Both the position numbers and the translations under genes were made by a program. Of a DNA stretch of 64,000 bases, positions 12,867 through 25,776 are shown piece by piece (positions within the stretch are counted from its first letter, which is position 1; the number at the start of each line of letters is the position of its first letter). The stretch lies in assembly GCA_905178155.1 (NCBI GenBank), contig CAJINV010000010.1, positions 791,188-855,187 on the forward strand, given 5' to 3'. The notes below the pieces were generated by a model. That model worked only from the letters and a program-made list of their open reading frames with translations. It had not been told where the DNA came from and made no database searches. This stretch comes from Amoebophrya sp. A120 (lineage: Eukaryota; Protista; Dinoflagellata).

Positions 12867-13440
12867 GATCCGAAGGGGGGGAACAAGAAGTTCTGCAATA
12901 TGAAAATTTTATATGCGGAAGATAGACGATATGTGAAAGAGTTTTGGAAAAATGAACTAGTACCTACTCGACCACGGGGGGCGTAACACAATACGGTCAC
13001 GCTCAATGATTCTTTTGAACACGGGGATGCCGTAGTGATAGTTGTACTGAAAAGTTTTTTATTTCTATTTGAAGTTGAGTCCTTGAGTAGCTGCATTTTT
13101 CAAATCACCGATGAAGCTACGAGCTGTTGTACCCGCAGAACGGCAAACCTTATTCTTATGACGTGATTATTCAATATCAATCCACTAACACCAGTACGAA
13201 TTATCTACGCGGTGAACGCAACAGGAAACGAACCAGCCTTGGACGAGGAACGATTGCGATTTGTGCACGAAAAAAGCTAAAACAGTACGAAACGACGGGA
13301 CGAATGAATGGAAACATTTGACGCGCGACCAGATGCGTTTTTTTGATGTGCCGCGCAGATGTATTTGGATCATAGACGAAACCTTACCGAGGAAACGCGA
13401 GGTCGCCCGCGGCGAAACGCTTCGCTTAAAGCATAAAAAG

Positions 13441-16400
13441 CGGGCAGGGACCGGCGACCGCGGGCAGGGACCGGCGGCACGGGCCGGCGACCGCGAGCAC
13501 GAGCCGGCGACCGCGAGCAAGGGCCGGCGGTCGCGAGCACGGGCCGGCGACCGCGAGCACGGGCCGGCGACCGCGAGCACGGGCCGGCGACCGCGGGCGC
13601 GGACCGGCGACCGCGGGCAGGGACCGGCGGAGCGGGCCGGCGACCGCGAGCACGGGCCGGCGAACGCGGGCGCGGACCGGCGACCGCGGGGCCCGCCGCG
13701 GACAGGATCGCGATCCACGGGGCGCTGGTGGTTCCCCAAATTCATCTCCAGTACTATGTCTGTAGGGTTCTTCGGGGTTGCTTCGGTGCGTTGCGTCTCC
13801 GCCGGTGGGGGTTGGCTCTCCATGCGTTAGCGGGCGCCTTGGCCTCCTGTTTTCTGGAGGAGAACTCTCCAATGACGATCATCCCAAAGGATGATCCGTC
13901 CGTGCAGTTTGGGAATGTGCATAAAATGCATGACCGGGCAGCCGTGGTCTTGCGAGCCTGTGAGTCAAGGCCGACCGCTGGTCGGTCGATATTTTATGGG
14001 CGTGGCCAACGCGTCCATTCTATTACGGTAGCCAAAACCTGAGAAGCATGACATGAAGATATTCAGGGGGCGCCATTTCGCGCTTTTCCCACCCACCCGC
14101 CGCTAAGCTCTTTCTCACTTTGCATCGGAAGGATCGCGAGGTCTCGCGCCACTCTGAGTTCAGGGTGTGACAGAGACCCACACTACGTCTTCTGGATCGG
14201 GGGGCTGGCTCTCCATGCGATAGCGGGCGCCTTGGCCTCCTGTTTTCCGGAGGAGAAATCTCCAATGACGATCACCGCGCGCAAGATCGCGATCCGCGGG
14301 GCCCGCCGCGCACAAGATCGCGATCCGCGGGGCCCGCCGCGCACGAGATCGCGATCCGCGGGGCCCGCTGCGCACAAGATCGCGATACACGGGGCCCGTC
14401 GCACACAAGATCGCGATACACGGGGCCAGCTGCGCACAAAACCGCGATCCGCGGGACCGACTGCGCACAAAATCGCGATCCGTGGGGCCAACCGCGCACA
14501 AAATTGCGACTTGTGGGGTCAACTGTGTACAAAATCGCGATCCGCGGGGCCAGCTGCGAACAAAATTGCGCACAGAATTGCGGTCTGTGGGGTCAACTGC
14601 ACACAAAATCTTGATTCGTGGGACCAGCCATGCACAAAGTCGCAATCTCTCGGGCCAATTGTGCACAAAATTGCGATTTGCCGGGCCAGCCACGCACAAA
14701 GTCCAGATTTGCCTGGTCACTTGCGCATAAAATCGTGATCTGCCTGACCAGCCGCACAAAAAATTGTGAGCCTCAGGGTCGGGTGCGCACAGAATCGCGA
14801 TCCACATGGCCAGTCGCGCACGAAATTGCAAGCCCCAGGGTAGACGATGCACAAAATTGCAATCCACCAGGCCACTCACGGAAAAAAATGCAATCCACAA
14901 GGCCAGCTCCTCACAGAATTGCAATCCACAAGGCAAACTACACAGGAAATTACAATCCACGAGGGAAAAGACGCAGAAAATTGCGATCCGTTGGCCGAAC
15001 CACGCACAAAAATGCAATCCAGAGGGCCACTAATCTGGTAACCAAAGCGTGCGCAAGCGCTCGCAAGAGCTCTTTGCGAGATGCCCATCCATCGCAAACG
15101 CAGCGCGAAGGCTTTGCCGTTGCCATATGGGAGGGACTCGGGGGTATGCAATCACTGGAAAAATCGGGCATTACCAAGCGTGTTTTGCCTTCAGAAAGCG
15201 GATCAGGCAGAATTGGTGGGAATTTTCCGGAAAGCAGCCAAAACAGCAATTACTAAGTGGGAAAAGGGTAAAAAAGAGCATTTTTACAGCTCCGCCCGGT
15301 CTGAATCTGAAAAAAGATTGTGGCACTTTCGGCAAGGGCCAGTGGTGTGATGCGTTTTATAGCGGAAAATGCGTCACCTCCGGGCAGCTCCAGCCGCTTG
15401 AAAATTGAAAAAAAACGTTGAAAAAATGCAATTTTTCGCAGCATGCAAGCGGCCGACAAAATTTACCGATTTTGTCCAGTCCCCGGAAGCCGCTTGGAAA
15501 TTGAAAATGACAATTTTTGCTGAAAAAGCAAAAGCCGCTTGGAAATTGCCGCTCCAAGACGGCTTTTCAAATTGTCACACGGCCCACACCGTCGAGATTG
15601 GACGAAAAAAAACAGCTATCAAGCCTGCGGAGGTGTGTCACACGGGCACGGTTTTCATCCTCTCTGAGGGTCGCGAGATGAGATCTCCTCCCGCTTGGAA
15701 ATGCCCGATCTGGGTGGCCCAAAAGGGCAGCAGGAAATGAAGAAAATTGCATCACTTTTTGAAATTTGTGTATTTTACCTGGCCAGCGTGCCCCCGTGCG
15801 TAACGTTATGTGGGGCGGTATAGTGGCCTCCAGAACAGACTCGTTTTTTTGAAGAGGCATCGAAAGGATGTCCCGCTGCGAAGTAGCCGGATTTCGCCTT
15901 CAATGCTTATCGCAGGAGCCTGCGGGCCGCCGCGGGCGACAGTAGTTGTCCGCGGCCCTTTAGGGCCGCGGGGAAGTGGTGGAGCCCGCGGCGGCCCGCA
16001 GGCTCCTGCGATAAGCTTTGAATAGAAATCCGGAAGCCCCCGATGACCCGAACAGGTCAGGGCCAGGGGTCAGCTTGAACAAGGCTGGCGGGCCTTCGCG
16101 CTGGCTAGATCGATGTTCGCGCACGCTTTTGGTTACCAATATCGCCCTCCGGGCGCGACCTTAATACACAAAATTGCGACCCATGGGGCCAGCTACGCAG
16201 AGATGTCCAATTTCTAAGGCCCCTTTTATGCAAAATTGTAACGCACGCACCCAACCCCACGCAAAGTTCTGATCTGTTGGGCTAATGGCGCGCATAGTTA
16301 TCATGTGTAAGCTTCCTAATACGCAAACTTGTGGTCTGCCAGGCTGCTTGTGCACAATTTTGCCCACAGCTGGCGAGAAAAGTCACAACTTTGCACAAGG

Positions 16401-16970
16401 CTGCCCCTATGAATTGCAATTTTGTGCGCGTTTGACATTGCGCGCCGCATTTCTGTGCATATATAGTCCCACAAATTGCATTTTTGTCTCTATGAGACCC
16501 CACAGATCGCATTTGTCTGCGCATTTGGCCTCGCGGAGTGTAATTTTTACCGATTTTAGCCCCGACAGATTGCAACTCTGTGCACAGCTTCCCCCGCGGA
16601 TCGCGATCCTGTGCGCATCCGGCCCCGCGGGTCGCGATCCTGTGCGCATCCGGCCCCGCGGATCGCGATTCTGTGCGCATCTGGCCCCGCGGATCGCGAT
16701 CCTGTGCGCATCCGGCCCCGCGGTCGCCGGTCCGCGGTCGCCGGTCCGGGTCCGCGGTCGCCGGTCCGGGTCCGCGGTCGCCGGTCCGCGGTCGCCGGTC
16801 CGCGGTCGCGGTCGCCGGTCCGCGGTCGCCGGTCGCCGGTCCGCGGTCGCCGGTCGCCGGTCGCCGGTCGCCGGTCGCCGGTCGCCGGTCGCCGGTCGCC
16901 GGTCGCCGGTCGCCGGTCGCCGGTCGCCGGTCGCCGGTCCGCGGTCGCGGTCGCGGTCGCCGGTCCGGGC
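13441..16970. repeat. GC-rich minisatellite/31-bp satellite block in inverted (foldback-like) arrangement
   Basis: CCGGCGACCGCG arrays at 13441-13720 are mirrored by CGCGGTCGCCGG arrays at 16720-16970. About 31-bp GCACAAAATCGCGATCCGCGGGGCC units run forward at 14275-15030 and reversed at 16340-16720. Confidence 0.85.
15032..16161 (+). mobile_element. Helentron/Helitron2-like non-autonomous element, copy 2
   Basis: Same ends as copy 1 (TGGTAACCAAA...TTTGGTTACCA-ATAT-CGCCC-TCC-GGGCG-CGACCT), same CACT^T target, shared internal block (15903-15960 vs 8995-9050). Confidence 0.8.
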
Positions 16971-17913
16971 CACTGCGGCATCGCCCTACCATGCTGCCGG
17001 AACCTTTCCTCTCGCTGGCCCCGGCGGAAGTAGGGGCACGGCCGTGCTCGCGCGCGAGCCCCTTCCCCTAGGCTGCGGGCGTCGGCTCAAGTGGACGGGA
17101 AGAGCGGCCGGGCGGAACGGTCGAGCGCCCTGCTTTGTTGCGGGCGCACCGCCCGCCGCGGCCCGGCGCCGTTTGGTTCGCGGAACTGTGAGGCCCAGTC
17201 CCTTGGGTGTGCGCTGGAATCCGCCGGCCGCGCCGCATATTCGTGCCCCCGGCCCGAGGGGAACCGAGCGGGCATACGGCGCGCGCGTTCGGGCCGGTCG
17301 GCTCTCGTCCAGAGATCGTTATTTCACCTCGTGTTTTTTCTCTGCCTGACAATACAGGCGGCAGTCGCCCGCCTGCACATTGATACAATGCCAATGAATG
17401 ATCTGGATCCACCCGCCCTCCCAAAGTCTTCGGATCACCGTGGTCGAGAGCGACCCGCCGAGGCACTGCCCCGACCTCGGAAAGTCGTTGCGGAATACGA
17501 AATCTGTAGAGCGAGGACGAACGCAGCTTTCTTTTTAGCGCATCTTTTCTTTGTCAAAGACAAAGTTTCACAAGAATACAAATATGGATGAGCTCGGCTT
17601 CCCTCTGAATGTATACGTCAACCAACCAACGACTCTAGTACACTCAGCGCACTTCTCGAAAGCAACTGCGCGCTGTCGCACACGACGAGCACCTCGCTTT
17701 CGCGGCTGCACCACGAACCGTTCGCTTTTGGCCGAGGGCAGCGCGGCACTCGGGATGGTAATGCGCTACGAGATGCAGTAAGGTGGGGGTACAAACAGGT
17801 TTGCGAGTTCTTTGCCCCCCCCACACTCTCACTGCCAATCCCCGCGATGAAGAACGGGCAGCTTAGAAGAAGCAAAGAAATAGCAGACCACCAGCCGCTC
17901 CCCGCCAAACGCC

Positions 17914-20900
17914 ATGCTTCACCTATCCTGAGTAAAAACGTCCCCACCCCAGAGTTGTGATGCAGATCTGCAAGCACAAGACGGTTTGTAATGCGCGATC
18001 CCATGAGGGGCATTATCAATCGCGTTTTGGAACTTGTAATGCTGTAAACAACATAAGGAGATCGATTTGTTATGCGGCTTCCCTTGCTAAACTGCACTAC
18101 ACTACAGTCTGCAACTTGTCATGCGTGGTTTCCAAAACTTCAAGATATGTGTTGCAAAATCCCCATCTTGACTCTGCGGTGGTGACGTTTTTACATTGGA
18201 TATCACCTCCCGCCGGCGCGGCGGGTCGCTTCGCTCGGTGCGCCGACGTGCATGCTCGACGGGACGGGGCATTTATGCATTGCAAAAGTGTCTGGATCTG
18301 GAAAGTTGGAACTTGTAATGCTGCTCTTGCATTCCGGTGAAATCTGTATTGCATGACCAAGAACAGTGGTAGCCTCTTATGTCATACAAAAACGCAGTTT
18401 CTCATGCGGAGTTCGTATGAGAAGGCGTGCTGCAACCTTGGCATGCTTTCCTGCATAAGGAAGTGACTTCCTCTTGCACATTTTAGCATCACAAATTTCC
18501 AGACCCAGACATATTTGCACTTGATAGCATTTTGTCCCCAGCAAAACGAAGGTGAAGAAGACGCTGGAGAAGCAAACCCGGCCGCTCCCGGAGATCACCA
18601 AATACCTGAGTCAGTTCGGCATCGGCAAGGCGAAGACCAAGCAGGAGCGGCGGCTGCAGTACTACGAAGTCGTATCCAATCAAAATCTGTCTGGGTCTCG
18701 AAGATGAATCGAAATTTCTGATGCGAGGACATGATGCCTGCCATACAAGAAGAACCTGTAATCTATTTGCATGTTGACCAGTAGAAGGAGCGACACAGAA
18801 AGTCGTGCCAAGGACTACACCAGAGGCTGCACGGTAGAAGTCGCAGAACCTGTGAAGTAGATGCTAGGCCACGCATTCCAGACCTCGCGAGGTTGCATGA
18901 AGCAGCTACAGTTCTGCATGTTTTGACAAGTGTAGTTGCATCGATCCTTCCAGACGAGGACCGCGAATTTGGACTTGATAATTTACCAGCGGGAGCAACT
19001 TCGCGCCGAAGTTTTTGAACCAGCTGAAACCCCGCATGTGGTTCATCGGTTCGGCGGTGAAGGACGAGCAGCTGCCCGCCCCAAAACTGCCCGAGATCGC
19101 CTTCGCCGGGCGTAGCAACGCGGGGAAATCGACGCTGCTGAACAATCTGACCGGCAATTTGTCGAAGGCCTTCGTGTATCAACTGTAAAAATGTCTGGGT
19201 CTGGAAGAATGCAAGTTTGTCATGCTTGTCTGGCATGATTCGAGAATCTGTGTTGCATAGGCACAAAAAAGCCCTCTTACCTGTCATGCAAAAACGCAGT
19301 TTGCCATGCGGAATACGTAAGACATGGCAGCCAAAAAATTTGTCATGCATAACTGCGTACTGCAGTGCGTCGATCATTCATTTTTAGCATTACAAGTTTC
19401 CAGACCCAGACATTTTTACGATTTGATATCGTGAAGCAGACCCCCGGGAGTACGACCACTTTGAACTTCTACAACCTGGGCCAGCCCTCCATGCTCCGGT
19501 TCGTGGACCTTCCGGGATACGGGTTTGCCAACGTCAGCGAGGAACAGCGAACCACGTGGACGGAATTCAGCCTAAAGTACCTGAAGTACCTATCCCGGGA
19601 AAGAACGTCCCCACCCCGTAGTCCAGATGGGGATTTTGCAACACAAACCTAGAAGTTTTGGGACTCACGCATGACAAGTTGCAGTCCGTAGTGTAGTGCA
19701 GGTTAGCGAGGAGAGCCGCATTACAAATCCGTTTGGTTGTCCCGTTCACAGCAATACAAAGTCCAAAACACGACTGGGAACACCTATCATGGGGATACGC
19801 GTCGCAAATGGTCGCGTCAGTGCGAATCTGCATGACAACTCTGTGGCGGGGACGTTTTTTCTCTTGATGGTACCGGAAAACGCTGCAGCTCGTGTGCCTC
19901 CTGGTGGACAGCCGACTCGGGCTGCTGGACTCCGACCGGGAGTTTCTCGCGTTCTTGGAGCGCAGCCGGGTGAAGTGGCAATATGGAATGCAAATATGTC
20001 TGTGTCTGGAAACCTGTCATGCAAGGAAGGGAATAGTGAGTACTACACTGTAATGCGCTGCCGAGCATGACAATTTTTTCACTGCTTCTGAGTTGCGTCC
20101 TCCGCATGAGAAACTGCGTTTCTGCATGACAGCGGAGCTCGTCTTCGCGGCCACGCAATACAGAAGAGCTCAGAGTTAACATGTCAGACTAGCATGACAA
20201 AACCCGCAGTTGTCTCCCAACATCCAGGGATATTTGCATTTGATAGAAAACTACTGTTCACGAAAGCAGACTTGGTGCAGCGGGGAACTCTCGCCAAGCG
20301 TATGTCCATGGTGTGGGAACACGAGCTCAACCTGTCCACCGCTCGGGGGAATTATCCGCAGCAACCGGTAGCGAGCGCGACCGCTGCAGCATCAAGACGG
20401 CACTACAACTACATGCACTCGCCGCCGATTGCCATCTCCGGGCAGAAGCGGCAAAACCTGGAGCAGGTGCGGAGCCTCCTCGAGAAGTTTGCGCTGAAAA
20501 AAGAAGTTGTTGTATCCTGAGTAAAAACGTCCCCATCCCATAGTCAAGTTGCGAACTCTGCAAAACAAATCCAGCAGTTTTGGGGGCCATGCATGACGAG
20601 TTCGTCTTTGTAGCGTAGTGCAGGTTAGCAAAGACAGTCGCATCACAAACCCATCGCTTTACTATCCTGTTTACAGCATTACACGTTTGGAAATGCCTCG
20701 CATGTAGATGCGCATTACAAATGTGCATGTCATTGCAAATCTGCATGACAACTCTGGGACGCTGGGGACGTTTGTGCTCAGGACATGTGGTTGACGGGAT
20801 CAAGCAAAACGTGTACGATCTGATCGAACTGACCCGGATCCGGAAGCAGCAGAAGCAGGAACGACGGAAAATCAAGTTGAGGCAGAAAGAGTACGAAAAA

Positions 20901-23900
20901 AAGATGAATGTGGGCGAGAAGGACGTGACGAGCACCTTGAAACGCTGGGGTTTGGAGGAGGACTTTGACGACGTCGAAGAGGAAAGCGTAGTCAATGATG
21001 TCGGAGCTGCTGCACCAGAGCCGGAGGAACTTGAAAGAACGAGCAGCACTTTATTTTCCGCGGACGTCGTGCAGCGAACACAGACAAACCCTTCCGCGCA
21101 GTCACAAATAGACCATGCTCCATCGATGTCTACCGCAGGAGAGGTAGACGTGGCAACGAGGGCGGCGGGAGAAGCTGCAGACGAGAGTAGTGGAGGTGGT
21201 CCCACAGGAATAAACGAGAGTGGTAGTCCCGCAGTCACCAGGCAAGACCGAGACTGCGAACCTGAGACAGCAGAGTGTTTGAGGCGAGAGAAGATGTTTT
21301 TTTCCTCCGGACTGAGCCGCGCAGGTGAGCAGGAACAAACTAGTGGCAAGAACATCGTAGGAACTAGTACATCTGATGCACGAGGAGGACACTACCGGGA
21401 CCCCGCGGCCGTGGACGTGCCTTCAGGGGAACAGTTGGCGACCACCGGGGTAGAAGATCATCAACCGGGACTACGCTGTTCTACTGGAGAGGTATACAAC
21501 GCGGATCCATCTGGTGAAACGGAAGGCGAGTCTCGTCCTCCCGCTCTGGGTTTGTTGCGCTGCAATAATTACACGACTTCTAGTGCCTCACCAGATAGCC
21601 ACAGATTTATTTCCGCTTCGTCTGAAAAATCCTCTGCCTCGCCGTTCTACTACGCAGTTCCCGAAGCTGATGATGGTGTTGTTCCGGATGAGAAAGCTGT
21701 AGATCATGGACCGAGTTTTACTGGAGGCCGTGAGGAAGAATTTGAAACTACAACTAATGCATCTTCCGAGCGACTGCCAGGCGAGAAAATAAACCGCGCC
21801 GTGTTCTTTTTTCACAACGAGCCGCAAGATGAGAATCGGCGTAGCAGTGGGAAGACAAGCGACGGCAACCCGAGGGAGCTACACGGCTGCGAAGCGGGCG
21901 CTTTCACCCGACCAGAAGGAGCTGAAGCGACCGCGTCAATGGCAAGTAAGTCTACGTCGAATAAAGGAGACATTTGGCGTAGCGTCCCGTGAAAAAACCA
22001 CGCCCCCAAGTCCACCCGAGCGCCAAGATGGGAATAGAGCTGCTGGATAACAAGTCGTCAGGTTTTGGCTGCTGCGCATGACAGAATTGGTTCTGCGATG
22101 TTGTCGGGTTGACCTAGTGAATTCGCATCTTCACAGATCGCGCGTCTTGTCCTGATTGCAGCATGGCAAAATGCAAAACACCACCTGCACCAGAAGGCGT
22201 TCCATAGGGTGCTTTCAGATCTTTGCATGGGCCAAAAAATCTCTTGTGGGGGCGTTTTTACATAGGATATGGCGACCGGAAGACGAGAGTTTTATCACTT
22301 CCTTCGTTATTGACGATGCGGAAAGCGTGAGAACATCGTCATTTCGGGACAAAAAGAAGAAGCGCACGATCGGAAAGCCCGTCAGAGAAAGTGGTTCTCC
22401 TGAGAAGAAAACGGCCTTTCCAGATTTAGACGACATCGCGAAAAAGGTTCAGATATCAAATGCAAATATGGATCTGGTGGGTCATCCCCATTGGGAGATC
22501 GACGCGAGATTTGTCGTGCTTGTCTGCCATGACGATTGCTGTGAGGTTTGTGAAGATGCGTGTCCACTTATTTGTGATGGTTTTGCTTTTTGCTTGTCAT
22601 GCAGAATAAACGCAGTTTCACCTGATCTGGTTTGCGTAACGCATAGGAGCCGCGTTACAATTTGTTCGCATGCTTACATGTGCATTAGAGGAGCAGTACA
22701 GCTTTCCTGATCTCCCAGTAGACCTTGAGATGATATTTGCATCCGATAGCAGATGATGCAGAGCCACACGAACTACCAAGAAGCGGATTTCCTGCGTAAC
22801 AAAAACCACCTCACGAAAACCCCCAGCCGGGAGGAGGTAACCATCACGGAAGAAGAGCTCAGCAAGATCGCGGACAGAATTGAAAGCGACGGTATTCGCG
22901 AGGACCAGGAGGAACAGAAAGGCTTTAGCAGTAGCGAGAACCTCCAAAATTCGAAGGACGCGGAGCAGATTGCGAAAAACCTAGTGTGGAAGAAGAATTT
23001 GGCGGAAAATAAAAAACACAAACTCTCGCTCGTGGAGGAAAAGGTATCAAATGTAAAAATGTCTGGGTCTGGAAGGTTGGAACTTGTGACGCTAAGTTTG
23101 GACTCTAAAAAAATCTGTATTGCATGACCAGCAAGGAAGAGGATTCTAGTTTGTGCTACGCGGGGAGGGCATTTGTCATGCGGAGTAGGCATCAGGAAGC
23201 CCTCTAAAAATCTGTGACGCTAGGTCGTGCATTACAGACATCCTGGGCAATGCAAAATATGCATGAGGGAATTTCCAAGAGTGCAAAATATGCATGACAA
23301 ACACTGCAACATTCCAGACCCAGATACTTTTGCATTTGATAAAAGGAAAAGAGGTTCCAAACAGAGTGGCGTACCGGGCTGGACAATCGAGATCATCATG
23401 ATGCAGAGCAGCTCGTCCTCGCCCCCCCAACTGCCGATCTGAATTTGCGGGTTCACCACCAAAGAGTTGATGACAAGATGAACTTCCTTTCGGCTCCGGC
23501 TCTCTCCTCCTCACACCAGCTGCCCGACTTGTCGAAACTGACGCCCCGGCAGCGGCAGGAGCACGTGCTTCGCGAAGAGGCCAGCACCCGGGCTTCTATG
23601 CTATTTGCAAAACTATCGTACTAGTATGAATCGCCTGGCAAATTTTCTCAGCGTGAGAAATAAAATTTGCAATGCGGATTTGACTTGAGAAGGAAATTTG
23701 TAATGCACCATGACTACGATTACTACGAGTACGATACTTCTGCACAGGATAGCGTCTCGGATCGGGCTCTTTTCCGCGGACGAAACCGACGGCGTGATTC
23801 CGATATCAAATGCAAAAATGTCTGGGTCGGGAAGGTTGGAACTTGTGATGCTAACTTTGGACTCTAAAAAGATCTGTATTGCATGACCACCAAGAGGAGT

Positions 23901-25624
23901 CTAGTTTGTGCTACGCGGGGAGGGCGTTTGTCATGCGGACTAGCTAGGCATCAGGAAGGGTTCTAAAAGTCTGTGATGGTAGGGCATGCATCACAAACAA
24001 TCCTGGGTCATGCAAAACATGCATGACAAGTCTCAGAATCTTCCAGACCCAGACACTTTTGCACTTGATATCCGAAAGGAATTCGCAAGTGGAAGTTCGT
24101 CGGGAAGCCGAATCCGAAGTCCCCACTCCTCGCGCAGCCGCGCGATGTAGCGCGGATTCTGCAGACCAGTGACTGGAACCACTTGAAGAAAAATCGGAAG
24201 TCGTATGGCAGTGCGCAACCCCCTCTCCCCCTCATCTGTATAGCCTGCACGGCAATACAAGCAGTAGCAAAAACGCCAGTTCTGCAAGACAAATTTACAC
24301 TGGAGTGGAGTGCTATTTGGGCTAGTGCCAGAACTTGTCATGCATAATAGTGACGGGAGGGAGAGGGACAGTCTGGAGTTGCTGCTTTGCATGAGAAATG
24401 AGAGCGAGGGGGAGTTGTGCACTCTCATAAGTCGGGCAACGCTTTGACGTTCGAAGAGGGGCGGGAGAAGATGATGCGTATGAAGTGCAAATATGTCTGG
24501 GTCTGGAAGAATGCAAGACTTGTAATGCAGATTTTCCATCGTGACCCCTGAGGTCTGAAATGCGAGACCCAGCATGACAGATTCTTTGAGTGCTGTATCA
24601 TGCCTTTCCTGCATGAGAAACTCCCTGCTCTCAACTTGGTCAAAAGCGGACAGCTTTTGGTACTCACGCAACACAGATTTTTGCATCATTCAGATTTAGC
24701 ATGACAAGTTCTAATCTTCCAGACCCAGACACTTTTGCATTTGATAATGCGGTGGATCGACCGAAATCGGCGCAGACCGGGCTTTATGGATTGCAAAAAT
24801 GTCTGGGTCTGGAAGATTGCCAAGTTTGTCATGCATGTTTCTCATGACACATGACGCCTGTGATGCATGACCTAGCATCACAGGTTTTTAGAACCCTTCC
24901 AGATGCACCTTCCGCATGAGAAATGCCCTGTTCGTGTAGCACAAACTGTGCCCCTCTTGCTGGTCATGCAATACAAATTTTTTCAGAGTCCAAAAACAGC
25001 ATGACAAGTTGCATTCTTCCAGACCCAGACGTTTTTGCACTTGATAGGCTTGTTGGCAGAAGCGGGGTCGATCAAAAGGTCGGACCTGGAGGAGGAATTT
25101 TTGGCGAAGCACGCACGGAAGCTGAAGGTGGGGAGCAGCGCGAGTGGGGTGCAGTCTATCCCCCAGAAAAAGACCGACAGGTCATATTTGTAATGCAAAA
25201 ATAAATAGACAAAAAAATCTGTATTGCATGCCCTAAACAGGATGTTATGGCCTCGCCCATGACAGATTTTCCTGTGTATTTATTTTTGCATTACAAATAT
25301 GACCTGTCGGTCTTTTTCTGTGGGATACAGTCCATGAAGGACCTGCCCAACGTGGACCCCACGGGGAGGGAGGACTATGCAGTGCAACAGCATCGTACTC
25401 GTACAAATGCATTACAAATTTCCTCAGCATGAGAAATAAAATTTGTAATGCGGATTTGACTGAATAAAAAGATTGGTAGTGCATGATTGCAATACGAGTG
25501 CGAAGATACTTTTGCACACGATAAAGGCCCGCATCTGACGAAAGAACTGCAGGCGTCGAAGAAAGTGTTGCAGCAAACGAATAAGCTGAAGAAGAAGCAG
25601 CGGAACGCCAGTTTGGGGAAATAG
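17914..25624 (+). CDS. engB: EngB/YihA/YsxC-family GTPase with long low-complexity C-terminal extension
   Basis: The spliced frame contains [18 protein letters not shown] (G1), KQTPGST (G2), [10 protein letters not shown] (G3), LLVDSR and FTKAD (G4). It stays open across 17 introners to TAG 25622-25624. Start codon tentative. Confidence 0.88.
17924..18202. mobile_element. Introner family C
   Basis: TSD TCACC. Confidence 0.9.
18274..18526. mobile_element. Introner family A
   Basis: TSD GCATT. Confidence 0.9.
18673..18980. mobile_element. Introner family A (strongly aged)
   Basis: TSD AGTCG/ATTTA; removal restores frame. Confidence 0.7.
19177..19428. mobile_element. Introner family A
   Basis: TSD TCGTG. 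Confidence 0.9.
19591..19869. mobile_element. Introner family C
   Basis: TSD GTACC. Confidence 0.9.
19982..20245. mobile_element. Introner family A
   Basis: TSD GGCAA/GAAAA. Confidence 0.85.
20513..20785. mobile_element. Introner family C
   Basis: TSD TGTTG/TGTGG. Confidence 0.85.
21980..22269. mobile_element. Introner family C (aged)
   Basis: TSD TGGCG. Confidence 0.78.
22454..22748. mobile_element. Introner family A (aged)
   Basis: TSD TCAGA/GCAGA. Confidence 0.8.
23045..23341. mobile_element. Introner family A
   Basis: TSD AAAGG. Confidence 0.9.
23597..23751. mobile_element. Introner family D
   Basis: TSD GCTTC/GCGTC. Confidence 0.85.
23804..24070. mobile_element. Introner family A
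   Basis: TSD TCCGA. Confidence 0.9.
24204..24429. mobile_element. Introner family J (singleton; AGTGCGCAACCCCCTC TIR)
   Basis: TSD AGTCG. Confidence 0.82.
24479..24746. mobile_element. Introner family A
   Basis: TSD ATGCG. Confidence 0.9.
24785..25046. mobile_element. Introner family A
   Basis: TSD GGCTT. Confidence 0.9.
25157..25327. mobile_element. Introner family F (long palindromic arms)
   Basis: TSD CAGTC; near-perfect arms of about 50 nt. Confidence 0.92.
25376..25523. mobile_element. Introner family D
   Basis: TSD AGGAC/AAGGC. Confidence 0.82.
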
Positions 25625-25776
25625 GTAGAAGATGAATCGACCCTCAGTTGTACCAGTTTTATATGATCCTCGGTGGAACGAATACTATTTTTTGCAAGAA
25701 GTACAACAACTTGCAATTCTCCTGGTCATCTGAATGCTACATCATGCTCCAGTTGTCTTCATGCTTCGGACGTATT

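Noticed and set aside
13185-17349. Long Arg/Pro/Gly-rich ORFs on both strands
   Set aside because: Stop-free by-products of GC-rich satellites.
11891-20250. Stop-codon reassignment as the explanation for in-frame TAA/TGA
   Set aside because: These stops fall only within redundant TSD copies. Other reconstructed exons are stop-free and genes end in TAA, TAG or TGA.
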